From positions 433,938,001 through 434,002,000 of the forward strand of contig OZ024740.1 in NCBI GenBank assembly GCA_964016885.1: DNA of 64,000 bases. The letters are read 5' to 3'. The stretch comes from Eledone cirrhosa (lineage: Eukaryota). A program made the position numbers and the translations under genes. The notes beneath the pieces were generated by a model. That model made no database searches. It was given only the letters and a program-made list of their open reading frames with translations, and was not told the origin of the DNA. Below are positions 38,822 to 52,936 of this stretch, one piece after another; the stretch's first letter is position 1, and every line of letters begins with the position of its first letter.

Positions 38822-41800
38822 GGTTAGTTCTCACACTAGTACAATGTCTAGTTAGTTCTCACACTAGTACAGTGTCTGGTTAGTTCTCACACTAGTACAG
38901 TGTCTGGTTAGTTCTCACACTAGTACAGTGTCTGGTTAGTTCTCACACTAGTACAATATCTGGTTAGTTCTCACACTAGTACACTGTCTAGTTAGTTCTC
39001 ACACTAGTACAATGTCTAGTTAGTTCTCACACTAGTACAATGTCTAGTTAGTTCTCAAACTAGTACAATGTCTAGATAGTTCTCACACTAGTACAGTGTC
39101 TGGTTAGTTCTCACACTAGTACAATGTCTGGTTAGTTCTCACACTAGTACAATGTCTAGTTAGTTCTCACACTAGTACAATGTCTAGTTAGTTCTCACAC
39201 TAGTACAATGTCTAGTTAGTTCTCACACTAGTACAATGTCTAGTTAGTTCTCACACTAGTACAATGTCTGGTTAGTTCTCACACTAGTACAATGTCTAGT
39301 TAGTTCTCAAACTAGTACAATGTCTGGTTAGTTCTCACACTAGTACAGTGTCTAGTTAGTTCTCACACTAGTACAATGTCTGGTTAGTTCTCCCACTAGT
39401 ACAATGTCTAGTTAGTTCTCACACTAGTACAATGTCTGGTTAGTTCTCACACTAGTACAATGTCTAGTTAGTTCTCACACTAGTACAGTGTCTAGTTAGT
39501 TCTCACACTAGTACAGTGTCTAGTTAGTTCTCACACTAGTACAATGTCTAGTTAGTTCTCACACTAGTACAATGTCTGTTTAGTTCTCACACTAGTACAG
39601 TGTCTAGTTAGTTCTCACACTAGTACAATGTCTGGTTAGTTCTCCCACTAGTACAATGTCTAGTTAGTTCTCACACTAGTACAATGTCTGGTTAGTTCTC
39701 ACACTAGTACAATGTCTAGTTAGTTCTCACACTAGTACAGTGTCTAGTTAGTTCTCACACTAGTACAATGTCTGGTTAGTTCTCACACTAGTACAATGTC
39801 TAGTTAGTTCTCACACTAGTACAATGTCTAGTTAGTTCTCACACTAGTACAATGTCTAGTTAGTTCTCACACTAGTACAATGTCTAGTTAGTTCTCACAC
39901 TAGTACAATGTCTGGTTAGTTCTCACACTAGTACAGTGTCTAGTTAGTTCTCACACTAGTACAATGTCTGGTTAGTTCTCACACTAGTACAGTGTCTAGT
40001 TAGTTCTCACACTAGTACAATGTCTGGTTAGTTCTCACACTAGTACAGTGTCTAGTTAGTTCTCACGCTAGTACAATGTCTGGTTAGTTCTCACACTAGT
40101 ACAATGTCTAGTTAGTTCTCACACTAGTACAGTGTCTGGTTAGTTCTCACACTAGTACAATGTCTAGTTAGTTCTCACACTAGTACAATGTCTAGTTAGT
40201 TCTCACACTAGTACAATGTCTAGTTAGTTCTCACACTAGTACAGTGTCGAGTTAGTTCTCACACTAGTACAGTGTCTAGTTAGTTCTCAGACTAGTACAA
40301 TGTCTAGTTAGTTCTCACACTAGTAGAATGTCTAGTTAGTTCTCACACTAGTACAGTGTCTAGTTAGTTCTCACACTAGTACAATGTCTGGTTAGTTCTC
40401 ACACTAGTATAATGTCTAGTTAGTTCTCACACTAGTATAGTGTCTAGTTAGTTCTCACACTAGTACAATGTCTAGTTAGTTCTCACACTAGTACAATGTC
40501 TGGTTAGTTCTCACACTAGTACAATGTCTGGTTAGTTCTCACACTAGTACAATGTCTGGTTAGTTCTCACACTAGTACAATGTCTAGTTAGTTCTCACAC
40601 TAGTACAATGTCTAGTTAGTTCTCACACTAGTACAATGTCTAGTTAGTTCTCACACTAGTACAGTGTCTAGTTAGTTCTCACACTAGTACAATGTCTGGT
40701 TAGTTCTCACACTAGTACAATGTCTGGTTAGTTCTCACACTAGTACAATGTCTGGTTAGTTCTCACACTAGTACAATGTCTAGTTAGTTCTCACACTAGT
40801 ACAATGTCTAGTTAGTTCTCACACTAGTACAATGTCTAGTTAGTTCTCACACTAGTACAATGTCTAGTTAGTTCTCACACTAGTACAATGTCTGGTTAGT
40901 TCTCACACTAGTACAGTGTCTAGTTAGTTCTCACACTAGTACAATGTCTAGTTAGTTCTCCCACTAGTACAATGTCTAGTTAGTTCTCACACTAGTACAC
41001 TGTCTAGTTAGTTCTCACACTAGTACAGTGTCTAGTTAGTTCTCACACTAGTACAGTGTCTAGTTAGTTCTCACACTAGTACAATGTCTGGTTAGTTCTC
41101 ACACTAGTACAGTGTCTAGTTAGTTCTCACACTAGTACAATGTCTAGTTAGTTCTCACACTAGTACAATGTCTAGTTAGTTCTCACACTAGTACAGTGTC
41201 TGGTTAGTTCTCACACTAGTACAATGTCTAGTTAGTTCTCACACTAGTACAATGTCTAGTTAGTTCTCACACTAGTACAATGTCTAGTTAGTTCTCACAC
41301 TAGTACAGTGTCTAGTTAGTTCTCACACTAGTACAGTGTCTAGTTACTTCTCACACTAGTACAATGTCTAGTTAGTTCTCACACTAGTACAATGTCTAGT
41401 TACTTCTCACACTAGTACAATGTCTAGTTAGTTCTCACACTAGTACAGTGTCTAGTTAGTTCTCACACTAGTACAATGTCTGGTTAGTTCTCACACTAGT
41501 ATAATGTCTAGTTAGTTCTCACACTAGTACAGTGTCTAGTTAGTTCTCACACTAGTACAATGACTGGTTAGTTCTCACACTAGTACAATGTCTGGTTAGT
41601 TCTCACACTAGTACAATGTCTGGTTAGTTCTCACACTAGTACAATGTCTGGTTAGTTCTCACACTAGTACAATGTCTGGTTAGTTCTCACACTAGTACAA
41701 TGTCTAGTTAGTTCTCACACTAGTACAATGTCTAGTTAGTTCTCACACTAGTACAATGTCTAGTTAGTTCTCACACTAGTACAGTGTCTAGTTAGTTCTC

Positions 41801-44800
41801 ACACTAGTACAATGTCTGGTTAGTTCTCACACTAGTACAATGTCTGGTTAGTTCTCACACTAGTACAATGTCTGGTTAGTTCTCACACTAGTACAATGTC
41901 TAGTTAGTTCTCACACTAGTACAATGTCTAGTTAGTTCTCACACTAGTACAATGTCTAGTTAGTTCTCACACTAGTACAATGTCTAGTTAGTTCTCACAC
42001 TAGTACAATGTCTGGTTAGTTCTCACACTAGTACAGTGTCTAGTTAGTTCTCACACTAGTACAATGTCTAGTTAGTTCTCCCACTAGTACAATGTCTAGT
42101 TAGTTCTCACACTAGTACACTGTCTAGTTAGTTCTCACACTAGTACAGTGTCTAGTTAGTTCTCACACTAGTACAGTGTCTAGTTAGTTCTCACACTAGT
42201 ACAATGTCTGGTTAGTTCTCACACTAGTACAGTGTCTAGTTAGTTCTCACACTAGTACAATGTCTAGTTAGTTCTCACACTAGTACAATGTCTAGTTAGT
42301 TCTCACACTAGTACAGTGTCTGGTTAGTTCTCACACTAGTACAATGTCTAGTTAGTTCTCACACTAGTACAATGTCTAGTTAGTTCTCACACTAGTACAA
42401 TGTCTAGTTAGTTCTCACACTAGTACAGTGTCTAGTTAGTTCTCACACTAGTACAGTGTCTAGTTACTTCTCACACTAGTACAATGTCTAGTTAGTTCTC
42501 ACACTAGTACAATGTCTAGTTACTTCTCACACTAGTACAATGTCTAGTTAGTTCTCACACTAGTACAGTGTCTAGTTAGTTCTCACACTAGTACAATGTC
42601 TGGTTAGTTCTCACACTAGTATAATGTCTAGTTAGTTCTCACACTAGTACAGTGTCTAGTTAGTTCTCACACTAGTACAATGACTGGTTAGTTCTCACAC
42701 TAGTACAATGTCTGGTTAGTTCTCACACTAGTACAATGTCTGGTTAGTTCTCACACTAGTACAGTGTCTAGTTAGTTCTCACACTAGTACAATGTCTGGT
42801 TAGTTCTCACACTAGTACCATGTCTGGTTAGTTCTCACACTAGTACAATGTCTAGTTAGTTCTCACACTAGTACAATGTCTGGTTAGTTCTCACACTAGT
42901 ACCATGTCTGGTTAGTTCTCACACTAGTACAATGTCTGGTTAGTTCTCACACTAGTACAGTGTCTAGTTAGTTCTCACACTAGTACAGTGTCTGGTTAGT
43001 TCTCACACTAGTATAATGTCTGGTTAGTTCTCACACTAGTACAATGTCTGGTTAGTTCTCACACTAGTACAATATCTAGTTAGTTCTCACACTAGTACAA
43101 TGTCTGGTTAGTTCTCACATTAGTACAGTGTCTAGTTAGTTCTCACACTAGTACAATGTCTAGTTAGTTCTCACACTAGTACAGTGTCTAGTTAGTTCTC
43201 ACACTAGTACAGTGTCTAATTAGTTCTCACACTAGTACAATGTCTAGTTAGTTCTCACACTAGTACAATGTCTGGTTAGTTCTCACACTAGTACAATGTC
43301 TGGTTAGTTCTCACACTAGTACAGTGTCTGGTTACTTCTCACACTAGTACAGTGTCTAGTTAGTTCTCACACTAGTACAGTGTCTAGTTAGTTCTCACAC
43401 TAGTACAGTGTCTAGTTAGTTCTCACACTAGTACAGTGTCTGGTTAGTTCTCACACTAGTACAATGTCTAGTTAGTTCTCACACTAGTACAATGTCTGGT
43501 TAGTTCTCACACTAGTACAATGTCTGGTTAGTTCTCACACTAGTACAATGTCTGGTTAGTTCTCACACTAGTACAATGTCTAGTTAGTTCTCACACTAGT
43601 ACAATGTCTAGTTAGTTCTCACACTAGTACAATGTCTAGTTAGTTCTCACACTAGTACAGTGTCTAGTTAGTTCTCACACTAGTACAGTGTCTAGTTAGT
43701 TCTCACACTAGTACAGTGTCTGGTTAGTTCTCACACTAGTACAATGTCTAGTTAGTTCTCACACTAGTACAATGTCTGGTTAGTTCTCACACTAGTACAA
43801 TGTCTGGTTAGTTCTCACACTAGTACAATGTCTGGTTAGTTCTCACATTAGTACAGTGTCTAGTTAGTTCTCACACTAGTACAGTGTCTAGTTAGTTCTC
43901 ACACTAGTACAATGTCTGGTTAGTTCTCACACTAGTACAATGTCTGGTTAGTTCTCACACTAGTACAATGTCTAGTTAGTTCTCACACTAGTACAGTGTC
44001 TAGTTAGTTCTCACACTAGTACAGTGTCTGGTTAGTTCTCACACTAGTACAATGTCTGGTTAGTTCTCACACTAGTACAATGTCTAGTTAGTTCTCACAC
44101 TAGTACAATGTCTAGTTAGTTCTCACACTAGTACAATGTCTAGTTAGTTCTCACACTAGTACAATGTCTGGTTAGTTCTCACATTAGTACAGTGTCTAGT
44201 TAGTTCTCACACTAGTAGAATGTCTAGTTAGTTCTCACACTAGTATAGTGTCTAGTTAGTTCTCACACTAGTACAATGTCTAGTTAGTTCTCACACTAGT
44301 ACAATGTCTGGTTAGTTCTCACACTAGTATAATGTCTAGTTAGTTCTCACACTAGTATAGTGTCTAGTTAGTTCTCACACTAGTACAATGTCTAGTTAGT
44401 TCTCACACTAGTACAATGTCTGGTTAGTTCTCACAATAGTACAATGTCTGGTTAGTTCTCACACTAGTACAATGTCTGGTTAGTTCTCACACTAGTACAA
44501 TGTCTAGTTAGTTCTCACACTAGTACAATGTCTAGTTAGTTCTCACACTAGTACAATGTCTAGTTAGTTCTCACACTAGTACAATGTCTGGTTAGTTCTC
44601 ACACTAGTACAATGTCTAGTTAGTTCTCACACTAGTACAATGTCTGGTTAGTTCTCACACTAGTACAGTGTCTAGTTAGTTCTCACACTAGTACAATGTC
44701 TAGTTAGTTCTCCCACTAGTACAATGTCTAGTTAGTTCTCACACTAGTACACTGTCTGGTTAGTTCTCACATTAGTACAGTGTCTAGTTAGTTCTCACAC

Positions 44801-47800
44801 TAGTACAGTGTCTAGTTAGTTCTCACACTAGTACAGTGTCTAGTTAGTTCTCACACTAGTACAATGTCTGGTTAGTTCTCACACTAGTACAGTGTCTAGT
44901 TAGTTCTCACACTAGTACAATGTCTAGTTAGTTCTCACACTAGTACAATGTCTAGTTAGTTCTCACACTAGTACAGTGTCTGGTTAGTTCTCACACTAGT
45001 ACAATGTCTAGTTAGTTCTCACACTAGTACAATGTCTAGTTAGTTCTCACACTAGTACAATGTCTAGTTAGTTCTCACACTAGTACAGTGTCTAGTTAGT
45101 TCTCACACTAGTACAGTGTCTAGTTACTTCTCACACTAGTACAATGTCTAGTTAGTTCTCACACTAGTACAATGTCTAGTTACTTCTCACACTAGTACAA
45201 TGTCTAGTTAGTTCTCACACTAGTACAGTGTCTAGTTAGTTCTCACACTAGTACAATGTCTGGTTAGTTCTCACACTAGTATAATGTCTAGTTAGTTCTC
45301 ACACTAGTACAGTGTCTAGTTAGTTCTCACACTAGTACAATGTCTGGTTAGTTCTCACACTAGTACAATGTCTGGTTAGTTCTCACACTAGTACAATGTC
45401 TGGTTAGTTCTCACACTAGTACAGTGTCTAGTTAGTTCTCACACTAGTACAATGTCTGGTTAGTTCTCACACTAGTACCATGTCTGGTTAGTTCTCACAC
45501 TAGTACAATGTCTAGTTAGTTCTCACACTAGTACAATGTCTGGTTAGTTCTCACACTAGTACCATGTCTGGTTAGTTCTCACACTAGTACAATGTCTGGT
45601 TAGTTCTCACACTAGTACAGTGTCTAGTTAGTTCTCACACTAGTACAGTGTCTGGTTAGTTCTCACACTAGTATAATGTCTGGTTAGTTCTCACACTAGT
45701 ACAATGTCTGGTTAGTTCTCACACTAGTACAATATCTAGTTAGTTCTCACACTAGTACAATGTCTGGTTAGTTCTCACATTAGTACAGTGTCTAGTTAGT
45801 TCTCACACTAGTACAATGTCTAGTTAGTTCTCACACTAGTACAGTGTCTAGTTAGTTCTCACACTAGTACAGTGTCTAATTAGTTCTCACACTAGTACAA
45901 TGTCTAGTTAGTTCTCACACTAGTACAATGTCTGGTTAGTTCTCACACTAGTACAATGTCTGGTTAGTTCTCACACTAGTACAGTGTCTGGTTACTTCTC
46001 ACACTAGTACAGTGTCTAGTTAGTTCTCACACTAGTACAGTGTCTAGTTAGTTCTCACACTAGTACAGTGTCTAGTTAGTTCTCACACTAGTACAGTGTC
46101 TGGTTAGTTCTCACACTAGTACAATGTCTAGTTAGTTCTCACACTAGTACAATGTCTGGTTAGTTCTCACACTAGTACAATGTCTGGTTAGTTCTCACAC
46201 TAGTACAATGTCTGGTTAGTTCTCACACTAGTACAATGTCTAGTTAGTTCTCACACTAGTACAATGTCTAGTTAGTTCTCACACTAGTACAATGTCTAGT
46301 TAGTTCTCACACTAGTACAGTGTCTAGTTAGTTCTCACACTAGTACAGTGTCTAGTTAGTTCTCACACTAGTACAGTGTCTGGTTAGTTCTCACACTAGT
46401 ACAATGTCTAGTTAGTTCTCACACTAGTACAATGTCTGGTTAGTTCTCACACTAGTACAATGTCTGGTTAGTTCTCACACTAGTACAATGTCTGGTTAGT
46501 TCTCACATTAGTACAGTGTCTAGTTAGTTCTCACACTAGTACAGTGTCTAGTTAGTTCTCACACTAGTACAATGTCTGGTTAGTTCTCACACTAGTACAA
46601 TGTCTGGTTAGTTCTCACACTAGTACAATGTCTAGTTAGTTCTCACACTAGTACAGTGTCTAGTTAGTTCTCAGACTAGTACAGTGTCTGGTTAGTTCTC
46701 ACACTAGTACAATGTCTGGTTAGTTCTCACACTAGTACAATGTCTAGTTAGTTCTCACACTAGTACAATGTCTAGTTAGTTCTCACACTAGTACAATGTC
46801 TAGTTAGTTCTCACACTAGTACAATGTCTGGTTAGTTCTCACATTAGTACAGTGTCTAGTTAGTTCTCACACTAGTACAGTGTCTAGTTAGTTCTCACAC
46901 TAGTACAATGTCTGGTTAGTTCTCACACTAGTACAATGTCTGGTTAGTTCTCACACTAGTACAATGTCTAGTTAGTTCTCACACTAGTACAGTGTCTAGT
47001 TAGTTCTCACACTAGTACAGTGTCTGGTTAGTTCTCACACTAGTACAATGTCTGGTTAGTTCTCACACTAGTACAATGTCTAGTTAGTTCTCACACTAGT
47101 ACAATGTCTAGTTAGTTCTCACACTAGTACAATGTCTAGTTAGTTCTCACACTAGTACAGTGTCTGGTTAGTTCTCACACTAGTACAATGTCTGGTTAGT
47201 TCTCACACTAGTACAGTGTCTAGTTAGTTCTCACACTAGTACAATGTCTAGTTAGTTCTCACACTAGTACAATGTCTAGTTAGTTCTCACACTAGTACAA
47301 TGTCTGGTTAGTTCTCACATTAGTACAGTGTCTAGTTAGTTCTCACACTAGTACAATGTCTAGTTAGTTCTCACACTAGTACAATGTCTAGTTAGTTCTC
47401 ACACTAGTACAGTGTCTAGTTAGTTCTCACACTAGTACAATGTCTGGTTAGTTCTCACACTAGTACAATGTCTAGTTACTTCTCACACTAGTACAATGTC
47501 TAGTTAGTTCTCACACTAGTACAGTGTCTAGTTAGTTCTCACACTAGTACAATGTCTGGTTAGTTCTCACACTAGTACAGTGTCTAGTTAGTTCTCACAC
47601 TAGTACAATGTCTAGTTAGTTCTCACACTAGTACAATGTCTAGTTAGTTCTCACACTAGTACAATGTCTAGTTAGTTCTCACACTAGTACAATGTCTAGT
47701 TAGTTCTCACACTAGTACAATGTCTAGTTAGTTCTCACACTAGTACAATGTCTAGTTACTTCTCACACTAGTACAATGTCTAGTTAGTTCTCACACTATT

Positions 47801-48311
47801 ACAGTGTCTAGTTAGTTCTCACACTAGTACAATGTCTGGTTAGTTCTCACACTAGGACAGTGTCTAGTTAGTTCTCACACTAGTACAGTGTCTAGTTAGT
47901 TCTCACACTAGTACAATGTCTAGTTAGTTCTCACACTAGTACAATGTCTAGTTAGTTCTCACACTAGTACAATGTCTGGTTAGTTCTCACACTAGTACAA
48001 TGTCTAGTTAGTTCTCACACTAGTACAGTGTCTAGTTAGTTCTCACACTAGTACAATGTCTAGTTAGTTCTCACACTAGTACAATGTCTAGTTAGTTCTC
48101 ACACTAGTACAGTGTCTGGTTAGTTCTCACACTAGTACAATGTCTAGTTAGTTCTCACACTAGCACAGTGTCTAGTTAGTTCTCACACTAGTACAATGTC
48201 TAGTTAGTTCTCACACTAGTACAGTGTCTAGTTAGTTCTCACACTAGTACAATGTCTAGTTAGTTCTCACACTAGTACAATGTCTAGTTAGTTCTCACAC
48301 TAGTACAGTGT
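38822..48311 (+). repeat. 28-bp satellite, ~339 units, with higher-order duplications
   Basis: TAGTTCTCACACTAGTACA(A/G)TGTCT(A/G)GT. Confidence 0.98.
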
Positions 48312-48656
48312 TATTAGACTGTTGTCAGCTACATGGTCATATTAGACTGTTGTCAGCTACATGGTGTTATTAGACTGCTGTCAGCTACATGGTCATATTA
48401 GACTGTTGTCAACTACATGGTCATATTAGACTGTTGTCAGCTACATGGTCATATTAGACTGTTGTCAGCTACATGGTGTTATTAGACTGTTGTCAGCTAC
48501 ATGGTCATATTAGACTGCTGTCAGCTACATGGTGTTATTAGACTGTGGTCAGCTACATGGTCATATTAGACTGCTGTTAGCTACATGGTCATATTAGACT
48601 GTTGTCAGCTACATGGTCATATTAGACTGCTGTCAGCTACATGGTCATAATAGACT
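48308..48656 (+). repeat. Second, unrelated 28-bp minisatellite, ~12 units
   Basis: ATTAGACTGTTGTCAGCTACATGGTCAT at 48313, 48341, ... Confidence 0.95.
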
Positions 48657-48861
48657 TGCTCTTATCTTCCATATCTTATCAGTTGTGCCAGAAACTGTTA
48701 TAAACCTGTCAGTATGTATTTAATCAATATATAATACTTAGGGACAAACTTTGAGAGAGATATGGGAAATTTTGATATAAACTGTTACCATAGTAACTAA
48801 TCTTGTCTATATATAGATGGAAATCTATGTTGACACCTACATTTATTGTGTCCTTTTCAAT

Positions 48862-49572
48862 ATCATCATCATCATCATCACTGTTTTACATCCGTTCTTC
48901 CATGCTAGCATGGGTTAGACGGGTTGTCCTGTTGTGGGCAGTGTTCGGTCGACTGACCTTGTCTTGCTCAACGGGAACTGATTCTGGCTTGATTTCTACA
49001 GCTGGATGCCCTTCCTAACACCAACCTCATTTACAGTGAGTGCTGGGTGCTTTTTTTCCATGGCACCTACACGACCACTTTACAGTGAGTGTTGGGTGCT
49101 TTTTTTGCCGTGGCACCTCCACGACCACTTTGCAGTGGGAGGGTATGGGCGCATATTGTCTATATGCTTCAGCTTCGGCTTCTACCCTTGGGGGGTCGGG
49201 TCTTCTGTATTACTGCGTAACACCAGAGGTCACGGTCATGTGACATCGCCTTTGAGAGGTGTAATTTGGGTAAAGTCAGCTTTTATCACCTCATCCCAGG
49301 TCTTCTTGGGTCTCCCCACTCCGCGGTTTCCATCGATTTCTAGTGCTCTGCACCTTTTTATGCAGCTGTCATCCTTCATACGCATCACATGTCCATACCA
49401 ACGCAACCGCCTCTCCTGCACACAGCATTTGATTCCTCTGATGCTCAGTCTCTCTCTCAATTCATTTATGCTTTGCCGTTCGCGTATATTACTATTACAC
49501 ATCCATCGGAGCATGCAGGCTTCGTTTCTTTCTAATCTACGTAAGTCTTCCACAGACAGCGCCCAGGTCTCA
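48862..49572 (-). mobile_element. 5'-truncated RTE LINE
   Basis: ETWALSVEDLRRLERNEACMLRWMC...RRLRWYGHVMRM...GRPKKTW; (ATG)n tail. Confidence 0.92.
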
Positions 49573-50389
49573 ATATATCAATGGAAATATACTTCCTCTT
49601 CTTGTCATATTTATCAAACTATTTTGACAAACCTAGACATTGAAATGTTGACCCTATTCTTTTCTGCCCATTTAAAGCTTCTATGCGATCACTTGATCTA
49701 CAAGAAATAGCAGCCAAATCTCCCTCAAATCACATTCCAGAGCTAAAGCTAAGCAAGTTTTCTTTGGCTGGATGCGCTTCCTATCACCAACAACAGCATG
49801 TAGTGGGTGTATGTTTTGTGATGCCAACACTAGAGAGGATGCCATGCTGTGACTGAAGGGTCCTCTCAGCCAATTTTTGACATAGTTTTCTATGACTGGA
49901 AGCTATTCCTGACACCAATCCATTTACAGAGTGTACTGGGTGCATTTTTCTATGTAGCCACTTGACTTGTGGAGTGGAAACTTGTCGAAACAATGTTTCC
50001 ATTGGTCTTTTCATTGCTGAAACTATTTACCGGACACAACTCCTGGAAGAAGGAACAACATGAAATAAAGTATCTTGCTCAAGGACATAACGCATTGCCC
50101 AGTCTTGGAATCAAACTCACAAGCACATGAGTGTGAATACAATTCTCTAACCAGTAAACCACACTTCATTGCTACTACAAAACATGAGCAAAGGTTTATT
50201 GATCTTTTATTACTTAATAGTTGAAGAGCAGAAATAAATGACAATCCTTGTTTATGGTGACTTTGTAATTAGAATAAAATTTATCAAAAATGTTTTCTTT
50301 ATACACAAGAACAACTTTATGAGACTCTGAGGAAGTCTTCTTAACTCTTAACATCCTGTGATGATTCAGCAGTTAATAATTAAAACATC

Positions 50390-50936
50390 ATTTAACAGAA
50401 AAGGCTTTACCTTACATAACATCTCACATAACATTTACATTACTCTATATATACTATTGTATTTTCACAGTAAAGGCTTTACCTCACATAGTATCTCACA
50501 TAACATTTACATTACTCTATATATACTATTGTATTTTCACAGTAAAGGCTTTACCTTACATATCTCACATAACATTTACATTACTCTATATATACTATTG
50601 TATTTTCACAGTAAAAGCTTTACCTCACATAATATCTCGCATAACATTTACATTACTCTATATATACTATTGTATTTTCACAGTAAAGGCTTTTCCTCAC
50701 ATAATATCTCACATAACATTTACATTACTCCATATATACTATTGTATTTTCACAGTAAAGGCTTTACCTCACATAATATCTCACATAACATTTACATTAC
50801 TCTATATTTGCTATTGTATTTTCACAGTAAAGGCTTTACCTCACATAACATCTCACATAACATTTACATTACTCTATATATACTATTGTATTTTAACAGT
50901 AAAGGCTTTACTTCACATAATATCTCACATAACATC
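50390..50936 (+). repeat. 72-bp minisatellite that resumes at 56523-56576 beyond the Tx1 insertion
   Basis: ACATAACATTTACATTACTCTATATATACTATTGTATTTTCACAGTAAAGGCTTTACCTCACATAATATCTC. Confidence 0.93.
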
Positions 50937-51146
50937 TCGTATACGAGAGATGTGTGTTGACGTGTGTGAACAAGCTCGGCTACCGAGTTGGATTTACTTA
51001 CTCAAAAGTGAGTTTTGATATATTGTTTTTGTACTGTAATATACGTTAACCGCTTGCCTGGGTCGTCAGACTTTGAGTTTATTTATTTTCGCCCCATTTT
51101 GGGGCGAATTTTACATTTAAAAATTGATTACGGCAAACTGATAGAA

Positions 51147-52915
51147 ATGGACGGAATTTTCACATCTCATCCTAACGAGAAACCCACGCCCCCTAAGAAA
51201 GGTGATACAGAGAAGCTAGAAGCACAAGGCTCTAAGTCTTCCCTCCTCACTTCTACAAAAGAAACATGGAACACAGAATTAAAAGAAAAATTTGTAAAAA
51301 TGGGTGAAAACCCAGAAAGTCACATAAACGCAGACAAAAACAACAATGACAATAACAGCACGATCAACAACAGCAATAGTCACAACACCCACCAAGGAAA
51401 AAATAACGATAACACCAAACAAAGCGAACCCACTACTGGTGCTTCCTTTGCACAGGCGGTCCGAAAAACACAGACCTGCAAGCAACTGGACATTACAACT
51501 CTGAGAGAAAAGATGAAGGAAGTAAAACAGTATGTAACTTTCAAAGAAGGAGGAGACTTCACAATCACCTCCCCACAAGAAATCAAGAGACACGACACTA
51601 AGAACGATATCTTTCAGAACAATTTCCAACATAACAAGGAAACCAGCTCAATTATCCCAAAAAGAGATTGAGCTGGTCCTAAAAAATGTGTGGAGTGATA
51701 TATCGTTCATACAAAAAGGGCCACTCTATGGGAATATAACGGTGCTAATGAAGGATCAATTGACGGCCAGGAAATACTCTTTGTCGCCAATTGTTTCCAA
51801 GCTACACACATTTCCCCCCACATATTTGGGGAAAAGAACGCAAAAAATAAGAGTCTCCGGAATCCGGCCAAATGCATGCATTTCCTGGGTACTAACAGGA
51901 TTTTTAAAAGACGAGGACGGAATCCTTTCAGTAGGAGAAGTCACCACAGACGTTTTCGGCGGTTTGAGCGTGGAGGTTCTGGTCCAAATGAGACCAGAAC
52001 GAATAGCTAGAATACCACAAATGTATATAAATGTTTCTCCATCGAGGGACCCTCGATGGAGAAACATTTATATACATTTCAGCCGAGGGTAGGACTGTTC
52101 AAGCAGGGGTCATCTAAGGGCTGCCTGTCCTCAATTGACAAAAAAAAAGGCTCTTTTGCCCACACACCACCACCGCCACCACCACCACCACCACTACCAC
52201 CACCACAACAACAACAACAAAAACAACATCAACAACAACAAAAACAACACGGAAAAATAACACAAGACACGGTCCCACCCAAAACAACTCCAAAAACACA
52301 CACAAACACAACAAAACCCCAAAATACACCACTACCCGACAGCACGGACGAGGACCCAGCTGAAACGGCACCTAGTGACGAAGAGGGGGAACACTTCCAA
52401 CCTGTAAAAAGGAAAAAAAGAAAACACCAACGAACATAAACGAAACAAACACACAACCACCAACAAAAACAAAACAAACAGAAGAAACAAAATCCACCCC
52501 ACCCCAAAACATAACACATACAACAAAACGTAAGCAGACACAAGAACAACAAACAAACACAACACAAATAAAACAGTATACATACATTAACACAAATAAC
52601 AAAGAACTAGTAAAAACAATACACAAAGACCCTTCGGTGGAAACTGAAGGGCAATTCTTTGCAAGCGCGGCCAACAAACCGCATTTAAAAATGATAAGAC
52701 TCCCAATGGACACCTATGCAAAACTAAGAGAGAACTTTCCTGAGGACGTGGGGAAAACATGTACTCGACCCTATAACCGCGTCCTCTTGAAACGTTTCCC
52801 CACCCACACCTCACCAAACACCCCCACCCCACCACAGAACAACACCCCACCAAACAACTCCCCCAATACGCCCATGGATATTGTGCAACCTGCTCCTCAG
52901 GAGCCGAACAGGTAG
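51147..52915 (+). pseudogene. Tx1-like ORF1, frameshifted
   Basis: SFAQAV motif, YLGKRTQKIRVSGI, low-complexity P/Q/T stretch, basic FQPVKRKKRK; split over several frames. Confidence 0.7.
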
Positions 52916-52936
52916 GTCCTTCCTCTTTTAACCAAC

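Noticed and set aside
33036-38830. Interstitial telomeric repeats (GGGGTTAG, TTAGGGGTTAG)
   Set aside because: Only isolated motifs within longer units; no tandem TTAGGG run
9089-48656. CRISPR-like appearance of 28-61 bp repeats
   Set aside because: Units are head-to-tail with no unique spacers, there are no cas genes, and the context is eukaryotic
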